Assembly: GCF_001194135.2 (NCBI RefSeq)
Contig: NC_068991.1
Coordinates: 77,958,504 to 78,022,503 of the forward strand
Direction: 5' to 3'
Source of the DNA: Octopus bimaculoides
Lineage: Eukaryota
DNA: 64,000 bases
Each line of letters starts with the position of its first letter. Position 1 is the stretch's first letter. The translations under genes and the position numbers were made by a program. A model generated the notes under the pieces. It did not search any database and had not been told where the DNA came from. It saw only the letters and a list, made by a program, of their open reading frames with translations. Positions 14,774 through 28,904 of this stretch are shown in pieces.

Positions 14774-14884
14774 GGTGAGTTCTTGTTGTTGTTGTTGAAG
14801 GTTAAGTCGCAGAGTCTCCAAGTTTGGAGGACGAATAAATACCACATAAGGTTTCAAATTAGATTCTTTTATGATTTTCAGGGC
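14774..14884 (-). CDS. MPP5: MPP5/Stardust coding exon: GK domain
   Basis: Poly-T + cAG acceptor, ACC|GTAAGT donor; 111 nt, phase 0-0. ALKIIKESNLKPYVVFIRPPNLETLRLNLQQQQQELT. Confidence 0.94.
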
Positions 14885-14887
14885 CTG

Positions 14888-14931
<44 letters not shown>

Positions 14932-15726
14932 CAATAAACCTTTCTGCTGAAGGCACAAGGCCTGAAATTCGGGGCAGAGGACTAGTCGATTACATCGACC
15001 CCATTACTCAACAGGTGCTTATTTTATCAACCCCAAAAGATGAAAAGCAAAGTCAACCAATTTGAACTCAGAACATAGTGGCAGATGAAATACCACTAAA
15101 CATTTCGCCCAGCATGCTAATGATTCTGCCAGCACACCACCTTAATAATAATAATAATCCTTTCTACTAAAGGCACAAGGCCTGAAATCTCAAGGGAGGG
15201 GACTAGTAGAATACATTGGACCTAAGTGTTTCACTGGTACTTAGTTTATCCACCCCAAAAGGATGAAAGGCAGAGTTGACCTCAGCAGAATTTGAACTCA
15301 GAATGTGAAGATGGACAAAATGCTGCTCTAAACCCATACCTGCAATTAGAACTTACTGTGACTGCTTCTATTTAGACTCACCTTGGAATATTGGTTTTGC
15401 TATTCTTAATTAAAAATATATGCAAAATAAAGGTGCAAAGAAACATTGGGTCTTACACCCACCACCTCTGAAAAAAAAAAGGGGGGGGGGCCTTATCTGT
15501 GTGGAAACTGGAATGTCATAGAATAAACTCCGTTTCCTGTGTCATAAAAAGTGACTACAAGAGGTTTAAGTAGGATTTGCACTTTGACCTAGTAAAACCC
15601 TCACCAGCAATGACTATCCAAGTTGGGTTGGAGGGGTGCACAGATGTCATCCACCAGGTGTAGACAATCATCAACACGCTGTTATAGAGAGCATGCCCCA
15701 CCCCACCCCATACTACTGCTACTTAC

Positions 15727-15929
15727 CTCAGGATGTAAGTTCAAAATACATATTTGACCACGATTTATCACTTGTCGTACAGCCTCCAAACTAGTTCCAT
15801 AATAGTTCTTCTCATATTCACCATATTCAAGGAACTTGTTTTGGCTTATGTCATTATTAAATTCATTCCGTGTGACAAAATGATAATCTTTCCCATCGTG
15901 TTCTCCAGATTTTTTTGAACGACTTGTAT
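15727..15929 (-). CDS. MPP5: MPP5/Stardust coding exon: GK domain
   Basis: ttgttcatAG acceptor, GAG|GTAAGT donor; 203 nt, phase 1-0. (H)TSRSKKSGEHDGKDYHFV...FLEYGEYEKNYYGTSLEAVRQVINRGQICILNLHPE. Confidence 0.96.
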
Positions 15930-16971
15930 CTATGAACAAAAAGATAGGTAGAAACGATATTAATTAAGTCTCACATGAACTGAAATATCATAAGCTGAAG
16001 AAATAGCAAAGTTAATAGCTTTTTCTGATCTCTTTCTCCCTCCCTTCACACACACACATACACACATTGGTTGTTTCAGGTTTGAGGGCTGTGGTCATGC
16101 TGGGGCACCACTGTTTTGGTGTTGAAGTGCATCAGACCTCCAATGTTCAATAGAAATATTGGGTGTGATACCTGTGCTGGTATTATTGGTGGCCATCCTC
16201 TATCTTAGACTGTGTATTTTGGCCTAGAGTTGTGGTGGGTGTGGTTCCAAGTCTGTACTTGATGTAACCAGGGTCAGCTAGTGCACAGTTTTTTCGTGCC
16301 ATGCACAAAAAAGACTTTTATTCAGCTGCTTCTCTTTTCACATCTGGGTGAAGCTGGTTGTCTGGAGTAGAGTGCACAAGGTGCTTATATTGTCTTTTAG
16401 AAACAGACAGTGGGCAATTTCTTCTTCTTTGTCGCCTCTCTTTCCTTTGTCCTCCTTGTGGAACTGGCCCGTTAAAAGCACCATTCAAACATTAGGGTCC
16501 TGTAACAGGCCCGTTAAAAGCACCCTTCAAACATTGCTGTGCTTGTGAAGACCTGTCGAGCTGAGTGAAATCATAGTTGTGGCTGATGCCTGTGCCATCT
16601 GACTGGCACGCATGCCAGTGGCATGTAAAAAGCACTGTTCAAGTATTGGGCCTCATGGTGGCTGAAAGGTGATTGAGACCTTTGGCAATATACCATGCAT
16701 GCGTAGACCTGTCAAGCCAAGTGAGACTGTAATTGTGGCCAATACCAGTGTCAGGTCAACGGCACCCATGCTGGTGGCATGTAGAAAACACCCACTACAC
16801 ACTCGGAGTGGTTGCCATTAGAAAGGGCATCCAGCCATAAAAACATTGCCAAATCTGATCGGAACCTGGTGCAGCCCCCACCAGCTTACCAGTTTTCAGT
16901 CAAACCATCCAACCCATGTCAGCATGGAAAACGGACGTGAAGTGATGATGACATATAGACACATACCTACA

Positions 16972-17018
<47 letters not shown>

Positions 17019-17340
17019 AAGAGAGAGAGACACACACACACACACATACATACACTATGGATTTCTTTCAGTTTCCATGCAGCAAATCCATTCATAAGGC
17101 ATTGGTCAGCTCAGGACAACAGAAGTAGACACTTGCCTAAGGTGCCACGCAGTAGGATTGAACCTGGGACATGTTCATATGTACATGAACATGCGGTTGA
17201 GAAGCAAGCATCTTACCACACAGTCACACATGCACTTAGGTGAACAACAACATTCAACACGTGCACGTACGTTCAAATGCAGAAAGGCCTTCATTGTAGA
17301 AATCCTCCTTATTAATATAATAAGATTTTGGACAACTTAC

Positions 17341-17502
17341 GGGGAACTGCAGCCTCAAATCGATTGTAATCAGTTGCCATCAACCGTTCACGCAAAGCAA
17401 CACGGCCAACACGTGATGGACCGATGAGGACAATGGGTCGTTTTCGTTGTGGTTGTGGCAAATATTGTGCCACCTCTTCATAAGTGAGGAATTCGTCGTT
17501 AT
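17341..17502 (-). CDS. MPP5: MPP5/Stardust coding exon: end of HOOK and start of GK domain (absent from the ORF track)
   Basis: ttttccttcAG acceptor, C|GTAAGT donor; 162 nt, phase 1-1. (D)NDEFLTYEEVAQYLPQPQRKRPIVLIGPSRVGRVALRERLMATDYNRFEAAVP. The P-loop is degenerate (GPSRVGR), as expected for MAGUK pseudokinases. Confidence 0.95.
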
Positions 17503-17565
17503 CTGAAGGAAAATCAAGAGATGTATCTTAATAAGAAATTTTAATATGGAAGACACATAATCGGT

Positions 17566-17598
<33 letters not shown>

Positions 17599-20359
17599 TT
17601 AGGTTGCATTTTGTAGTTGCAGTGAAATGAATGAATAACTTAATTGATTAATTAATTAATTGGCAACCACTGAACAAATAAGTAACATCCAGTCACTAAT
17701 GGACATTCTCCTGCCTCTGACCAATGCCTATGTTGCCTCTTCCATCTTTTCTACTGTTATTATGATGATGATGTTTGTTCTCAAAGCTATACCTCCACCC
17801 ATCAGACATCCCCAGTCTACCCCTATCTCTCTCCCTTTCATTATCCTTCTTGAAAAAACCTTTCCCGGCTACAACTGCTCCACCAACAACTATGCTTAGT
17901 CTCTCATCGAGCATCAGCCCTCGAGAAACTCTTCCCAGCTCACGCCTGGGCTGCAGTCTTGACCAGCGACATTTTAAACAGAACGTTAATGGCATCAAAC
18001 TCTGGTGAGTTTGATGCCATAAGATATCTTGTCTTGGAGGGCTTGCAAGGGTCAGGGGCAATAATCCTTATAACATACACACACACACGCACACACACAT
18101 ACACACAAATAATTTTCTAATACAATTGTGGCTGCATGGTCTCCAATCATGTGATTTCATGTTCGATTATACTGCATGGCACCTTGGGCAAGTGTCTTCT
18201 ACTATAGTCGGGACCAGCTAAAGCCTTGTAAAAGGATTTGGTAGATGGAAACTGAAATGAGCCCATATTTATATACGTGTGTGTGTGTGTGTGTGCGTGT
18301 GTGCGTGTGTGCGTGTGTGNNNNNNNNNNNNNNNNNNNNNNNNNNNNNNNNNNNNNNNNNNNNNNNNNNNNNNNNNNNNNNNNNNNNNNNNNNNNNNNNN
18401 NNNNNNNNNNNNNNNNNNNNNNNNNNNNNNNNNNNNNNNNNNNNNNNNNNNNNNNNNNNNNNNNNNNNNNNNNNNNNNNNNNNNNNNNNNNNNNNNNTGA
18501 TGGGAGGAAGAGCATTCAGAAAATCTGCCTCAACAAATTCTGTCTGTCCCATGCAAGCAAAGAAAAGTAGACTTAAAAACGATGATGAAGATGATGATGA
18601 TGATGATGGGCACACTGCAAACAATTTTGATGGCAGGGTGTCAGGCAATCCCATCAACTCCTGTACTTATGTTATCAAACCAGAAATGATGAAAGGTAAA
18701 ATTAATTTCAGTACAATTTGAACTCAGAACAAAGGATTGTACATGCCAAAATGTATTTCTTCTGATGCTTTGACAATTCTGCCAATCAACTATCCTCAAA
18801 TGGGTCACAAATAAAGAACAGGGTTTCATGCAAGAATGTACACCAGTGGTTATGGTGCCTGACTCACAATCACTCTGTTGTGGGTTCAATTTCTACACTT
18901 TACTTTATGCTGCTCCAGCCTCAGCCGATAATGAGTGCCAGCCATTGGTGCTGCTCTGCATATCTTCCTTCCTCAGGTTGTCAAATCCAAGACGTGTCAC
19001 TGGGTCAAAAACTGAGAAGCAGGAGAAGGTGTCTCTGCCTGCTGGCAACTACATAAGCACTTAAAGTAATGAGCAACGGATGATAGCATCCAAACATATT
19101 TATTCACAGGTGACTAAAAAGAAGTAGAAATTAGTTGGTGTACTTTCACTAAGCCCACAAAACACACACACACAAAAGCCAATAGTACTAAACAAAAGTG
19201 ATTCAATGTATGACTGGATGTGTGTGTGTGTGTGTTCTTTTGCTATTTCTTCATTAGTTAATTGTCATTACATTGTTTAATCCATTTTCAAACAAAAAAT
19301 CTTGGGAACACAATTTCCAAATGACAATCTTTTTAATTCAAAAAGGAATGACTCTTCATAAAAAACTAATATCTTAATGCCACAACTTCATCAATAACCA
19401 TTAATTCTAATCATCACAGATTAACAATTTTATGCAAAGAAAATACAGGAATCAACAGGAATTTTAGAATGAGATTTTTCACCCTTTTCAATGTAGAGTC
19501 AATGTTAATCCTCGTCATTTAGCATCTGCTTTCCATGCTGGCATGGGTTGGACAGTTTGACTGGAACCGGTAAGCCAGAGAGCTGCACCAGGCTCCAGTC
19601 ATTTGATTTTGGCTTAGTTTCTACGGCTGGATGCCCTTCCTAATGCCAACCATTCCACAGAGTGTAGTGGGTGCCTTTTATGTGTCATCACCACTGGCCA
19701 CAATTTCACTTGGCTTGACATATCTTCTCAAGCACAGCAAATCTCCAAAGGTCTTGATCGCTTGTCATCCCCTCCATGAGACATCCAAAGATCATGCTTC
19801 ACCACCTCATCCCATGTCGTCCTGGATCTTAATATGACTTGTAAACAGGAGTTCTTTGGATTATTTTCAACATCATTAACAGTAGATTCACAGAGAATGG
19901 CAGAATCAGAAGAGTATCAGGGAAAAATAAGAAAGCCTTGCAATATTTGTTCAGGCTCTTAACATTCTGAGTTCAAATCCCACAAGGGGCAACACTGCCA
20001 TTCAGCCTTTTGATGGTTGATAAAACAGAGTCAATGGTATTCACTACTCTCCCTCCCTGACCACCACTACCTCAGAATTGTTGGCCTTGTCCCTAAATTA
20101 GAAACCATTTGCTGTAGAGCAGTGAATGGCTGCATAGTATTTAACCATTTTGTATAGAATGGAATCGGTACATAGTATATAGTCACAGCGCTTCCTATTT
20201 AATTTCTGAACAGTTTTGCTGTCGTTTGTTTATGTAGTCTGATTTCTTTATCCATCAGTTTCTACTAAGATAGAGATGAGAGTAAAATGAATATTAGAGA
20301 AATGAAAATAAAACTTTGGAAACAGCCAAAAGGGAGATAATTGAGAAAGACTTGAAAGT

Positions 20360-20582
20360 GAACATAAGATCGTAATCCTGTAAAGTAAATATAACAAATA
20401 ATCCAGAATCCTTGTCTGGTAGCAGACCGATCCCAAAATTTAATCAGTTCGTGCTGGTCATGGGACCAAACATCCCTGAAAGTTTCGTCCAAATCCATCC
20501 AGCAGTTCCTGAGATATCTTGTCAACAGACAAACAAACATGACTGCAAACAATACCTCTGTCTTTGCTAAGGCAGAGCTATT
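20360..20582 (+). mobile_element. Non-autonomous Helitron/Helentron-like element
   Basis: Typical body ...aaatttaatcagttc...aaatccatccagcagttcctgagatatcttg-(acaa)n...aaacaatacctc, ending in a 3' hairpin ctctgtctt-tgct-aaggcagag (20556-77). Confidence 0.55.
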
Positions 20583-21781
20583 AATGAGCTTATTGCACCC
20601 AGATGTAGTACAGGTTGTGGGAAGAGGATGGAAAGAGGGGGAGAGAAAGCAGACAGCAATGGGAAGTGAAAGTAGATGCAGAGAATAGAAAACAAAAAAA
20701 AAGGCAAAGTAGAGAGGGGGAAGGGGTAGAGAAGGGGGGGATAGAGAGGGGTTGTTAAGAAGTGTTTTGTAGAAATTTGGGAAGCATGGAATTTTTGCTG
20801 GTTGCAGTGTGTCCTGACAGCTAACAACCATTGCAGGGAGTTTGTTCTTTACCGCAACACTTATGAATGTAAAAATAATAATAATAATAATAATGTAATA
20901 TATTAATGATGATGGTGGCAGTTGTGGTGGTGATGATGATAACGCAGTGCCCTCTAGTAAATTACATTATAGTATATTCCCGTTTCAATACAACCACTTT
21001 TGATTTCTAGGTTTAATTGAAGCATAATTAAATGCTGTGTTTCTGTCACTCAAAGTAAATCAAAGAAATAACAGTTAATAATTGAGAGATTCATTTAATT
21101 AACTTTACTCCTTAATAACTAAATTAAAACTTACTACTATTAACGTTGTAATTAGAGTGGTGTAGGTGCAGTATGGATAAGAGGTTTAAGTCATAACTCA
21201 TTAGTCTTCAGTTTAACCACTCGTTATGGTATCATTTTCTATAACCTCAAGCCGCCCTACACTCTGATTGAAATTGGGCAACTGGAAACTACAGAGAAGC
21301 CTACTGAGTGAATGGTACCTGTAATTCACTAGGCACATCTTTGTCACACACATTGTGTTGGGAATTACATTAAGGTTATGCATAATGACAATATTTAATC
21401 ATCCTTTATACATTCTTTTCTTTTCTACTCTAAGCACAGGGACCAAAATTTTTGGGAAGGGGCCAATCAATTAGATTGACCCCAGTATGCAACTGGTACT
21501 TCATCACATTATGATTGTTATAAACTGCCATCAACACTTGGCAGAAACATTGGGAGTGTCGACACAACTGATTAGTCAGTTCTGAGAAGATGGACACCAA
21601 ACAGAGATGTAAAGGAGTTGAGTACAACAGAACCTTTGTATTCAGAAAGGTAGCAGGAAGTAGAGAGCGAGAGAAAGAGCAGAGGAAGTAACCAAAGTAT
21701 GCTCATAGATCTGAGAAGCTGACCCAAAATAAAGGGTTTGTTTCCACCAGAGGTTGACATGGATTTAAATGCAGACATTAC

Positions 21782-21909
21782 CTTCTCGAGCGGCCAAGTT
21801 GTACAGACCTTTCTTTTTCTTTTTTGCATTCTTTTTTGAACAAATGCAGCTTCGGCCCTTCTTGTTTTCTTTGGCATCATGGAGTAAAGCTTGTTTGAGA
21901 CTTTCTCTC
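21782..21909 (-). CDS. MPP5: MPP5/Stardust coding exon: HOOK region (frame differs from the listed ORF)
   Basis: ccattttcAG acceptor, G|GTAATG donor; 128 nt, phase 2-1. (M)RESLKQALLHDAKENKKGRSCICSKKNAKKKKKGLYNLAARE, a lysine-rich HOOK. Confidence 0.92.
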
Positions 21910-22124
21910 CTGAAAATGGTATATGTATTATGCACAATATGGTATAATTATTCGATATTAAATGGTAATGTGTGTGTGTGTGTGTTATAAAATGATGTGT
22001 AAAATACAGAGTGTATATAAATTACCTTCACAATTTGTTGAAAAATTGAAAAAATAAAAAATGGGAAAAAAAAAAGAAAAATAAGGATAACTCAGCAGCA
22101 AAGTTTTATTAGAANNNNNNNNNN

Positions 22125-22168
<44 letters not shown>

Positions 22169-22688
22169 GATACAGTTATTGTGTGTGTGTGTGTGTGTGT
22201 GCGCGCACATATATACATAGGAGAAAGGGCAGAATCCATGATCCTGTTCAGGTCCTTTGAAATTGACAGGAGGGAGTTATCCTCAGACTTGAGTCTGACC
22301 CTGAAATCTTATAACAGTGTGAACTCCATAAAAGGCATCAGAGGGCCAGGTGCCAGAGTTAAACTGGTTCAGGTATTAGAAGAAACCCCATGAAAACAAC
22401 CGACACATTTTCAACATCTTTGATGTTGTGGATCAACTTTAGTTGAACATTGATCAAGCAGGTCTATGACCAAAGGGTATAACCATTCCATTATTTAAAA
22501 TGGACAGGGCGTAATTTGAGGGATATTTGGCTGCTAATTAAAAGAAATTGGCTAACTGCATAGAAGTCCTCTAATTAATTTCTCATTTTGGTTAAAAGAA
22601 ATTATCATGATGGCATAACAATTTGGTTGCTAATATCCTAACAAACAACAGCAGTTGCAGCAGAATATCACAATTTCAATAAACTTAC

Positions 22689-22891
22689 ATTTCTTGAAAG
22701 AACTTTGAAGGTATCAAACCAGCCATAGCATTCTCGTGTTGATCCTTATCCTTATAAGCTTGCCACCAATGGACATCTTCTTGGTCAATCACATGAAGAA
22801 TATCTCCTTTCAAGAATGAAATGCCAAGTTCTCTACAAGGAATGTACTCATCTTCTTCAGGTTCATAGTTAAATAAAGCTCGAATACACAT
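22689..22891 (-). CDS. MPP5: MPP5/Stardust coding exon: SH3
   Basis: caatttcAG acceptor, AT|GTAAGT donor; 203 nt, phase 0-2. [45 protein letters not shown]...[11 protein letters not shown]. Confidence 0.95.
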
Positions 22892-23369
22892 CTGAAATTG
22901 GCAAAGATGTGAGAATTGGGAAACCATTATTAGACTGAATCTTTTGACTTATTTGCATGTAAGAATTTTTTTTTAATATATATATATAATTACAAAATTT
23001 AATTAAAATAATTTCTGAAATATATTCCTATATTAAAACTATCAAATAAAACAGAACAAAGTTACATTTTCAGTAAACCAAATTCAATAACAACATTTCA
23101 GTTCTTAGTTGCTGCCATTTCAAATTACAAATGTTGTCAAGCAGGGTCATCAAAGAGGTCAATATTTTAAGCCCTGGGGTTCCATATGGCCACACCCAAG
23201 GTGGTCAAGATAAGCTCCTAAATTTGAGCAATAAGAGTACTGAATTAGTAGTGAACTGAATCGGGAATGGTGAAGCAATCCAATGCTGAAACTGACTAAT
23301 TTCCAGCCAAACACTGATGCAAGCACATCAATACATATTAAATAGTCCAACTACATCACTCCATGACTG

Positions 23370-23903
23370 TGGGTTTGAAAGGTTCATAGGCTGATTATGA
23401 AGGAGTGATGCTAAGGCTGTGAAATCTGGCATGCATTAATTTCAACCCCTATTGTTTCTTTCCAGGTAAACTGCCATTTGACTGTTCAAAGAAGACTTCA
23501 AAGATAATTAGTAGCAACTCCTCTTGAAAATGGACAAAATCTGGCATTTTGGTGTTACCCGCAGGAAAATGGTTTAGCTCCACCCATGACATTTATGCTG
23601 ACATGGTTGATACATTAGGGCATGATGCTCCAGCTTTATCAACAGTGCAAAAATGGGGAGCTGAATTCAGGAGGAAAATGGAGAGTCTTCCATATGACCC
23701 AACTTCTGGACATTCTGCAACTGCCGTCACCGAGGAAAACATTGACCGTGTTCACCACAAGGTTATGGCTGACATGCAATTGACTATAAATCAAAGAGCC
23801 AATGCTATTGGCATATCCCGTGAGAGAGAGTTGAGAATATTCTACACAATGAACTTGGCATGGTGAAGGATTTTGCTTGGTAGATGCCATGTCTTCTGAC
23901 ACC
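23370..23903 (+). mobile_element. Mariner-family transposon 5' remnant (terminal region plus frameshifted N-terminal HTH part of transposase)
   Basis: ATG at 23530 (MDKIWHFGV), then a frameshift to HDIYADMVDTLGHDAPALSTVQKWGAEFRR...TEENIDRVHH...LTINQRANAIGISRER, then VENILHNELGM..W*MP. This matches the mariner paired-like HTH region ending at a decayed WVP motif. No DDD domain. Confidence 0.85.
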
Positions 23904-24139
23904 CAATCATACACATGTGTCATACAGTCTATCTTTATTAATTGAAAACAATGAATAAATGAGCATCACATTTGACAAAGTAAGCTGAAGGCTAAACGAT
24001 TAAAAAATTCTCACCTAGTTAAAACATTGCATCAATTAATATGTTTCTATGAATTCACATGACACAGAATGGTAAAAATTCAAAAGAGGAAGAACAAGAA
24101 AGAAGGTAAGGACAAGAAAACTTCTCCTGTTTAACTTAC

Positions 24140-24220
24140 CGCATTGTTATTTGTAGACATGATATGGTATGGGTTATGGCCCGGAACCACCATAAATGTT
24201 ATTGTACCAGTCAGGTTAGC
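24140..24220 (-). CDS. MPP5: MPP5/Stardust coding exon: end of PDZ and linker (absent from the ORF track)
   Basis: atgatttcAG acceptor, GCG|GTAAGT donor; 81 nt, phase 0-0. ANLTGTITFMVVPGHNPYHIMSTNNNA. Confidence 0.92.
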
Positions 24221-27200
24221 CTGAAATCATAGAAAAGTATTTTTAAAGTCTATGCAAAAACGTTGAGTTCACTTCATTGTAGCACAACCGGTTTGTGATT
24301 CAGAAATTCATATTCCATAACAACTTATAATAATATTATAATTATCATAATACTCTTTTCTTATTTTGGAACAAGGCCAGCAATGTTTGAGAGGAGGGGA
24401 AGTGCTTGACTTGTACCTATTTCATTGATCCTGAAAGGATGAAAGGTAAAGGTGACCCCAGGGGAATTTGAACTGACGAAATGCCACTAAGAATTTTGTC
24501 TGCTATGCTAACAATTCTGCAAGTTGGACACTTTATCATAATATCACAGTTAATGATATAATAAATATCTTGAGTGCTTTGTTCTTTAGCCCTGACAGAG
24601 TAGATAGATGTGTGATCAAAAGGTTATTCTAGGCATGACCATCCCATATTTTTTGTTTTATATTCAGTCGTAGCATATCGTGAACAAAACTGTCCAACAT
24701 ATTTTATATTGCAGACAATAAGATGTGGCATGAGAGAGTTTCAGTTGCTATTTCTAGCAAACTGAGCAAGCATATAGAGGCTAACTCACTCTCATGTTAG
24801 GCTAGGACTCTAAACAGGAAAGAAGTTCTTGGAAAGCCAAGTCTATGACGTAGTTTCAATTCCAGATTGAGCCATTTTATTTAATATCATGTAATTACCA
24901 GCCAGAGTCAATGAACTTGTTAAAGGAAACAACTCTACCAAATCAATTAAGTTTTGACATACTTAGGGCTGAGTTTTTTTTTATGGTGACCCACTAAACC
25001 TAGTTACGGCCAAGGGCTATTTTTATTTTCATATTCACAATGACTAAATATAAAGACTTGTTTAAGGGCCATAATGAAACCACCCCCTCCATACACTGTC
25101 CTAATCATCCTCTCCATCTAAATTCTACAGACGAATCAACAAAGATGCAGGCATGGCTGTGTGGTAAGCTACCAAACCACATGGTTTCAGGTTCAGTCCC
25201 ACTGCATGGCACCTTGGAAAAGTGTCTGTTATTACAGCCTTAGGCCAACAAAAGCTTTGTAAATGGATTTGGGAGATGGAAACTGAAAGAAGCCCAACGT
25301 GTGTGTGTGTGTGTGTGTGTTCCTTCTGCCCGACAACTGATATTGGTTTGTTTATGTCTCCGTAACTTACTGGTTTAGCGAAAGTAACCAACAGAACAAC
25401 TACCAGATTTAAAAAGCAGAAACAAGTCCAGGGGATAATTTATTTAACTACTCAGCCCTTCAATGCACGGCTAATCAGTCATTTCAGGGCATGGCTAATC
25501 GGCGCTCCAGTATGGCCACAATCCAACAACTGAAGCTAGTAAAAAGACAACAAGGATATACCCCCTTCTCACCTTTGTTTTTGTTTACCAGACCCCCCCC
25601 TCCCCCACTTTTCTTTCTCTATGTCTCTCTCCCTATTCCCATCTCTCTTTTGCCCTTTCTCTCCCTCTTTCCCTCTTTCATACTACAATAGAGACAATAC
25701 CATCAACAGAATACATAAAGCCAAATTAATAAGAGAGATTCTGCACGGTCACTCAACCTGCTAGACATAGCAGCCAAATACCCCATAAATTACATTCTGC
25801 CTTCTTTAAAAAAGAACACCTCACATAATGTGTTCTGAAGGTAAACTCTAAAAAGATAGGATAATCATAGTCGTAACACCTTTAATCAGTTTACTCAATT
25901 GAGGTTAGCCAGTGGTTAAACAACATCATCACCCCCACCAATATGGGGGGTGGGGAGTCATCTATGTCTTTAACTCAAATATCTTTTTTCGTTACACTGC
26001 TGATTCCATCCTCAAGAAGAAGCAATAAAATAAAAGTAAAGACTACAGAGTCTTCCTGCTGTTCCGTACCACAACAGAGAGAAACAAAATGTGAAATGGA
26101 TGCACCCCCACCACACACACAACAAAAAAAAAGGGAGAGAGAAACAGAGAATACTAATCTACAGTTTCCACCCTTTTGGTTCCAACTCGAGACCATTCTT
26201 GGTTCTACAACACAAAAACTCTCATTCTAAACTGTTCATATTCAAATTAAAATTTTCCAGCATAATTTCTATCGGTTAAGTTCTAAACATCAACTTAATA
26301 AGGCAAAAATTTGGTTATTTTATTAAATTCCTTTAAAGTCGGCATTATTATGAAAATTAATCAAAACATACAGTATATTGCATTGCAAATAGGGTTAAGA
26401 AAGAGTTAATCAAAACATTTTTGCCAAACAGAATTTTTCAAAGAAGCCACCTAACAAATAGTGCCATTGATAGCAACCCGTTTTAACAGAAACCAATTTC
26501 TTTAATAATAATAATAATAATAATATATACAATAACAACATATTGATGAATATTTAAAAAAATATATACATAGATCAAAGAGTACAAAGAGATTTGTCAC
26601 AGAATTCCAATGGGAAATCAAAGCTATAACTATCTCCAAGACAGCTTCCAAGAGCAAAATAACCAATCAACATAGATTGAATAAATAAATATATATAAGA
26701 TAACAACAACAACTGCAACAATAAAAACAAATAAACATCTTTTGAGGTTACAAAACAAATCATTCTGATCAGCAAGGGACTATAAACTGAAGATGGATTA
26801 CCATTCTCATCCAAAGTTAAAAGAATTTCAGAGAAAGTTCTACAATATATGATTAATATGGTCGATAAGAACTCTACAGGAGTTAAACGGGAGAAGAACA
26901 GCAACGGCAAAACTAAATACATTATAAAGGAATGAAATAGATTCATACCAGTCTGATACTTTCATGGTGACAATGTTGAACCATCATCATCATCATCACT
27001 ATTATTGCCAGCATCATCATCACCACTCTGCATAACTAACATCACAAGCCATTGGAAAGAATTTCCACATATTTCACACAGAATTGTCAAAGCAAAGAAT
27101 GAATTAGCCATGCCATTTGTCAACTGTCAACGTACTACATCCTTCAAAGATTCCATGCTTCCAGGAATTTACCAATTCTACTCCTGATGAACCTGTGTAA

Positions 27201-28904
27201 CCTTTCCTCTTTATAACTCTTTTATGGTTTTTTTTTGTCTTCGTCTTTTATCCTGCAATTCTAGCATTCATTGCTGTCTTTCTTTACTCAACTTATGCTT
27301 GATTTTTTTTTTTTTCTGTCCCCTCTTTTTATCCTTTTCTGAGGAGTTGTAATGAACCTAGAGCTTGGAAAAAAATGCCTTGCACCAGTTCTTCCCCACC
27401 TTTCCATGCCAAGTTCAAAATCCTACCAAAGTCAACTTTGCTTTCGTCCTTTCAGGGGTTGACAAAATGACACACTAGTCTAATACAAGGGCCAGTTGGC
27501 ATCATGCCGAATTGAGAAACTATTATTACTCATGATTTGCTAGAAAAAACAACTGAATCTCCCTTAAATCACAACCTCCACAATCTTAAACAAGGGAAAA
27601 GAATGAACCTGTTGGACAATACAGATTTCAACAAACAGATGGAGTGGTCATGGGTGAAATGCTTTTCAGTTTCAGTCTGTTCAATGCAGGCTGATGACCT
27701 GACAGTAAACAACAACAACAATTATATTACCTTTATTACCTGACACTGTCACCTTAAGGTGAAAGTATTACCTTTCACTGCCCGCTCCCTCTTCTAGTCA
27801 CCCTGTTGGTGAGGGTGCCCCTTTAAATGCACTGGATGTACTCAACAAAGCAATTGACAGGTGAATGGAGACAATGTAGGGTTGAGATTATCCCTTTGTC
27901 TGTCAGAAGACATGAAAACCTTCCTGGTGCTGGTTCCATGATAAAATACATCCAGTACACCTGGTAAAGTGGTTGGTGCTAGGAAGAAGGTCTCAGCATG
28001 AAACCATGGGATTAAAAGAAACGGAAGGTTTTAACTGAGAAGTGGTCTTTTGACATATCTAGGAGGACAGTAACTTCTGAAAAAGAACTGGCGCAGGTCA
28101 TAATGACCTGTCCATCCCATACCAGCTTGGAAATGTGGATATAGAGATATTGATGATGATGATGGTGGTGGTGGTAAAAGAACCTAAAATCTATAGAGTG
28201 CCAACACTTTAAAAGGAATACCAATTCTTTCTTTCAGCTACTGCACACCTCACCATATTACTATAGTGAGGAATGCAGCAACTCATTTAAAGAGACATGT
28301 TGTTGTTATTGTTGCTTTTGTGGCTTGTTTCCAGGTCTGCCTTGATTCATCAGCAGTAATAAAAGACTTTCCAGTCTAGCCCATCCCGCCTCCTTTTTTA
28401 ACTTATTCTTCATTCCCTCAGGTACAGTATGTTTTGAAGACTACACTATCTAATGGTCATTACTTCTTTAAAAATGGTAAGCAATGATTTGAGGGCAATG
28501 TAGCTACCATTTTTAACTGGTCAAACGGACATAGATGCTCCACTTTTGGCTTGAGAGGAAAGTGTGTAACTACTGTTGGTGGTTTGCTGGTATGAAGTAG
28601 TGTCTTTAAACTCCCACCCTACCCAAATTTAGGGCTTTGTACCTATGCTAGAAACAATATCAAAGAATGGCAGATTAGAAGAAGCATTAGAGTAGTATTT
28701 ATGCTCTGAGTTCAAATCCTACTCTGGTTGACTGTCTTTCGTCCTTCAGAGATGAAATAAAGTACCAATCAAGTATAGGGATCAAAGTACTCAACTACCC
28801 CACTCCTCCTTGTGCCTATGTTAAGAAACATTACCGTCATATGTAATTAGATATACAGTTAAATGTTTGTCCCCTAAACTTACATAAATAGGGGCTTAGA
28901 GACT

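Noticed and set aside
21906-21912. NAGNAG (CAGGAG) tandem acceptors here and at 13424-13430
   Set aside because: GAG is a very poor distal acceptor and there is no sequence evidence it is used.
21572-21937. 121-aa minus-strand ORF overlapping the HOOK exon
   Set aside because: Wrong frame. The phase-consistent exon 21782-21909 uses another frame that matches the MAGUK HOOK region.
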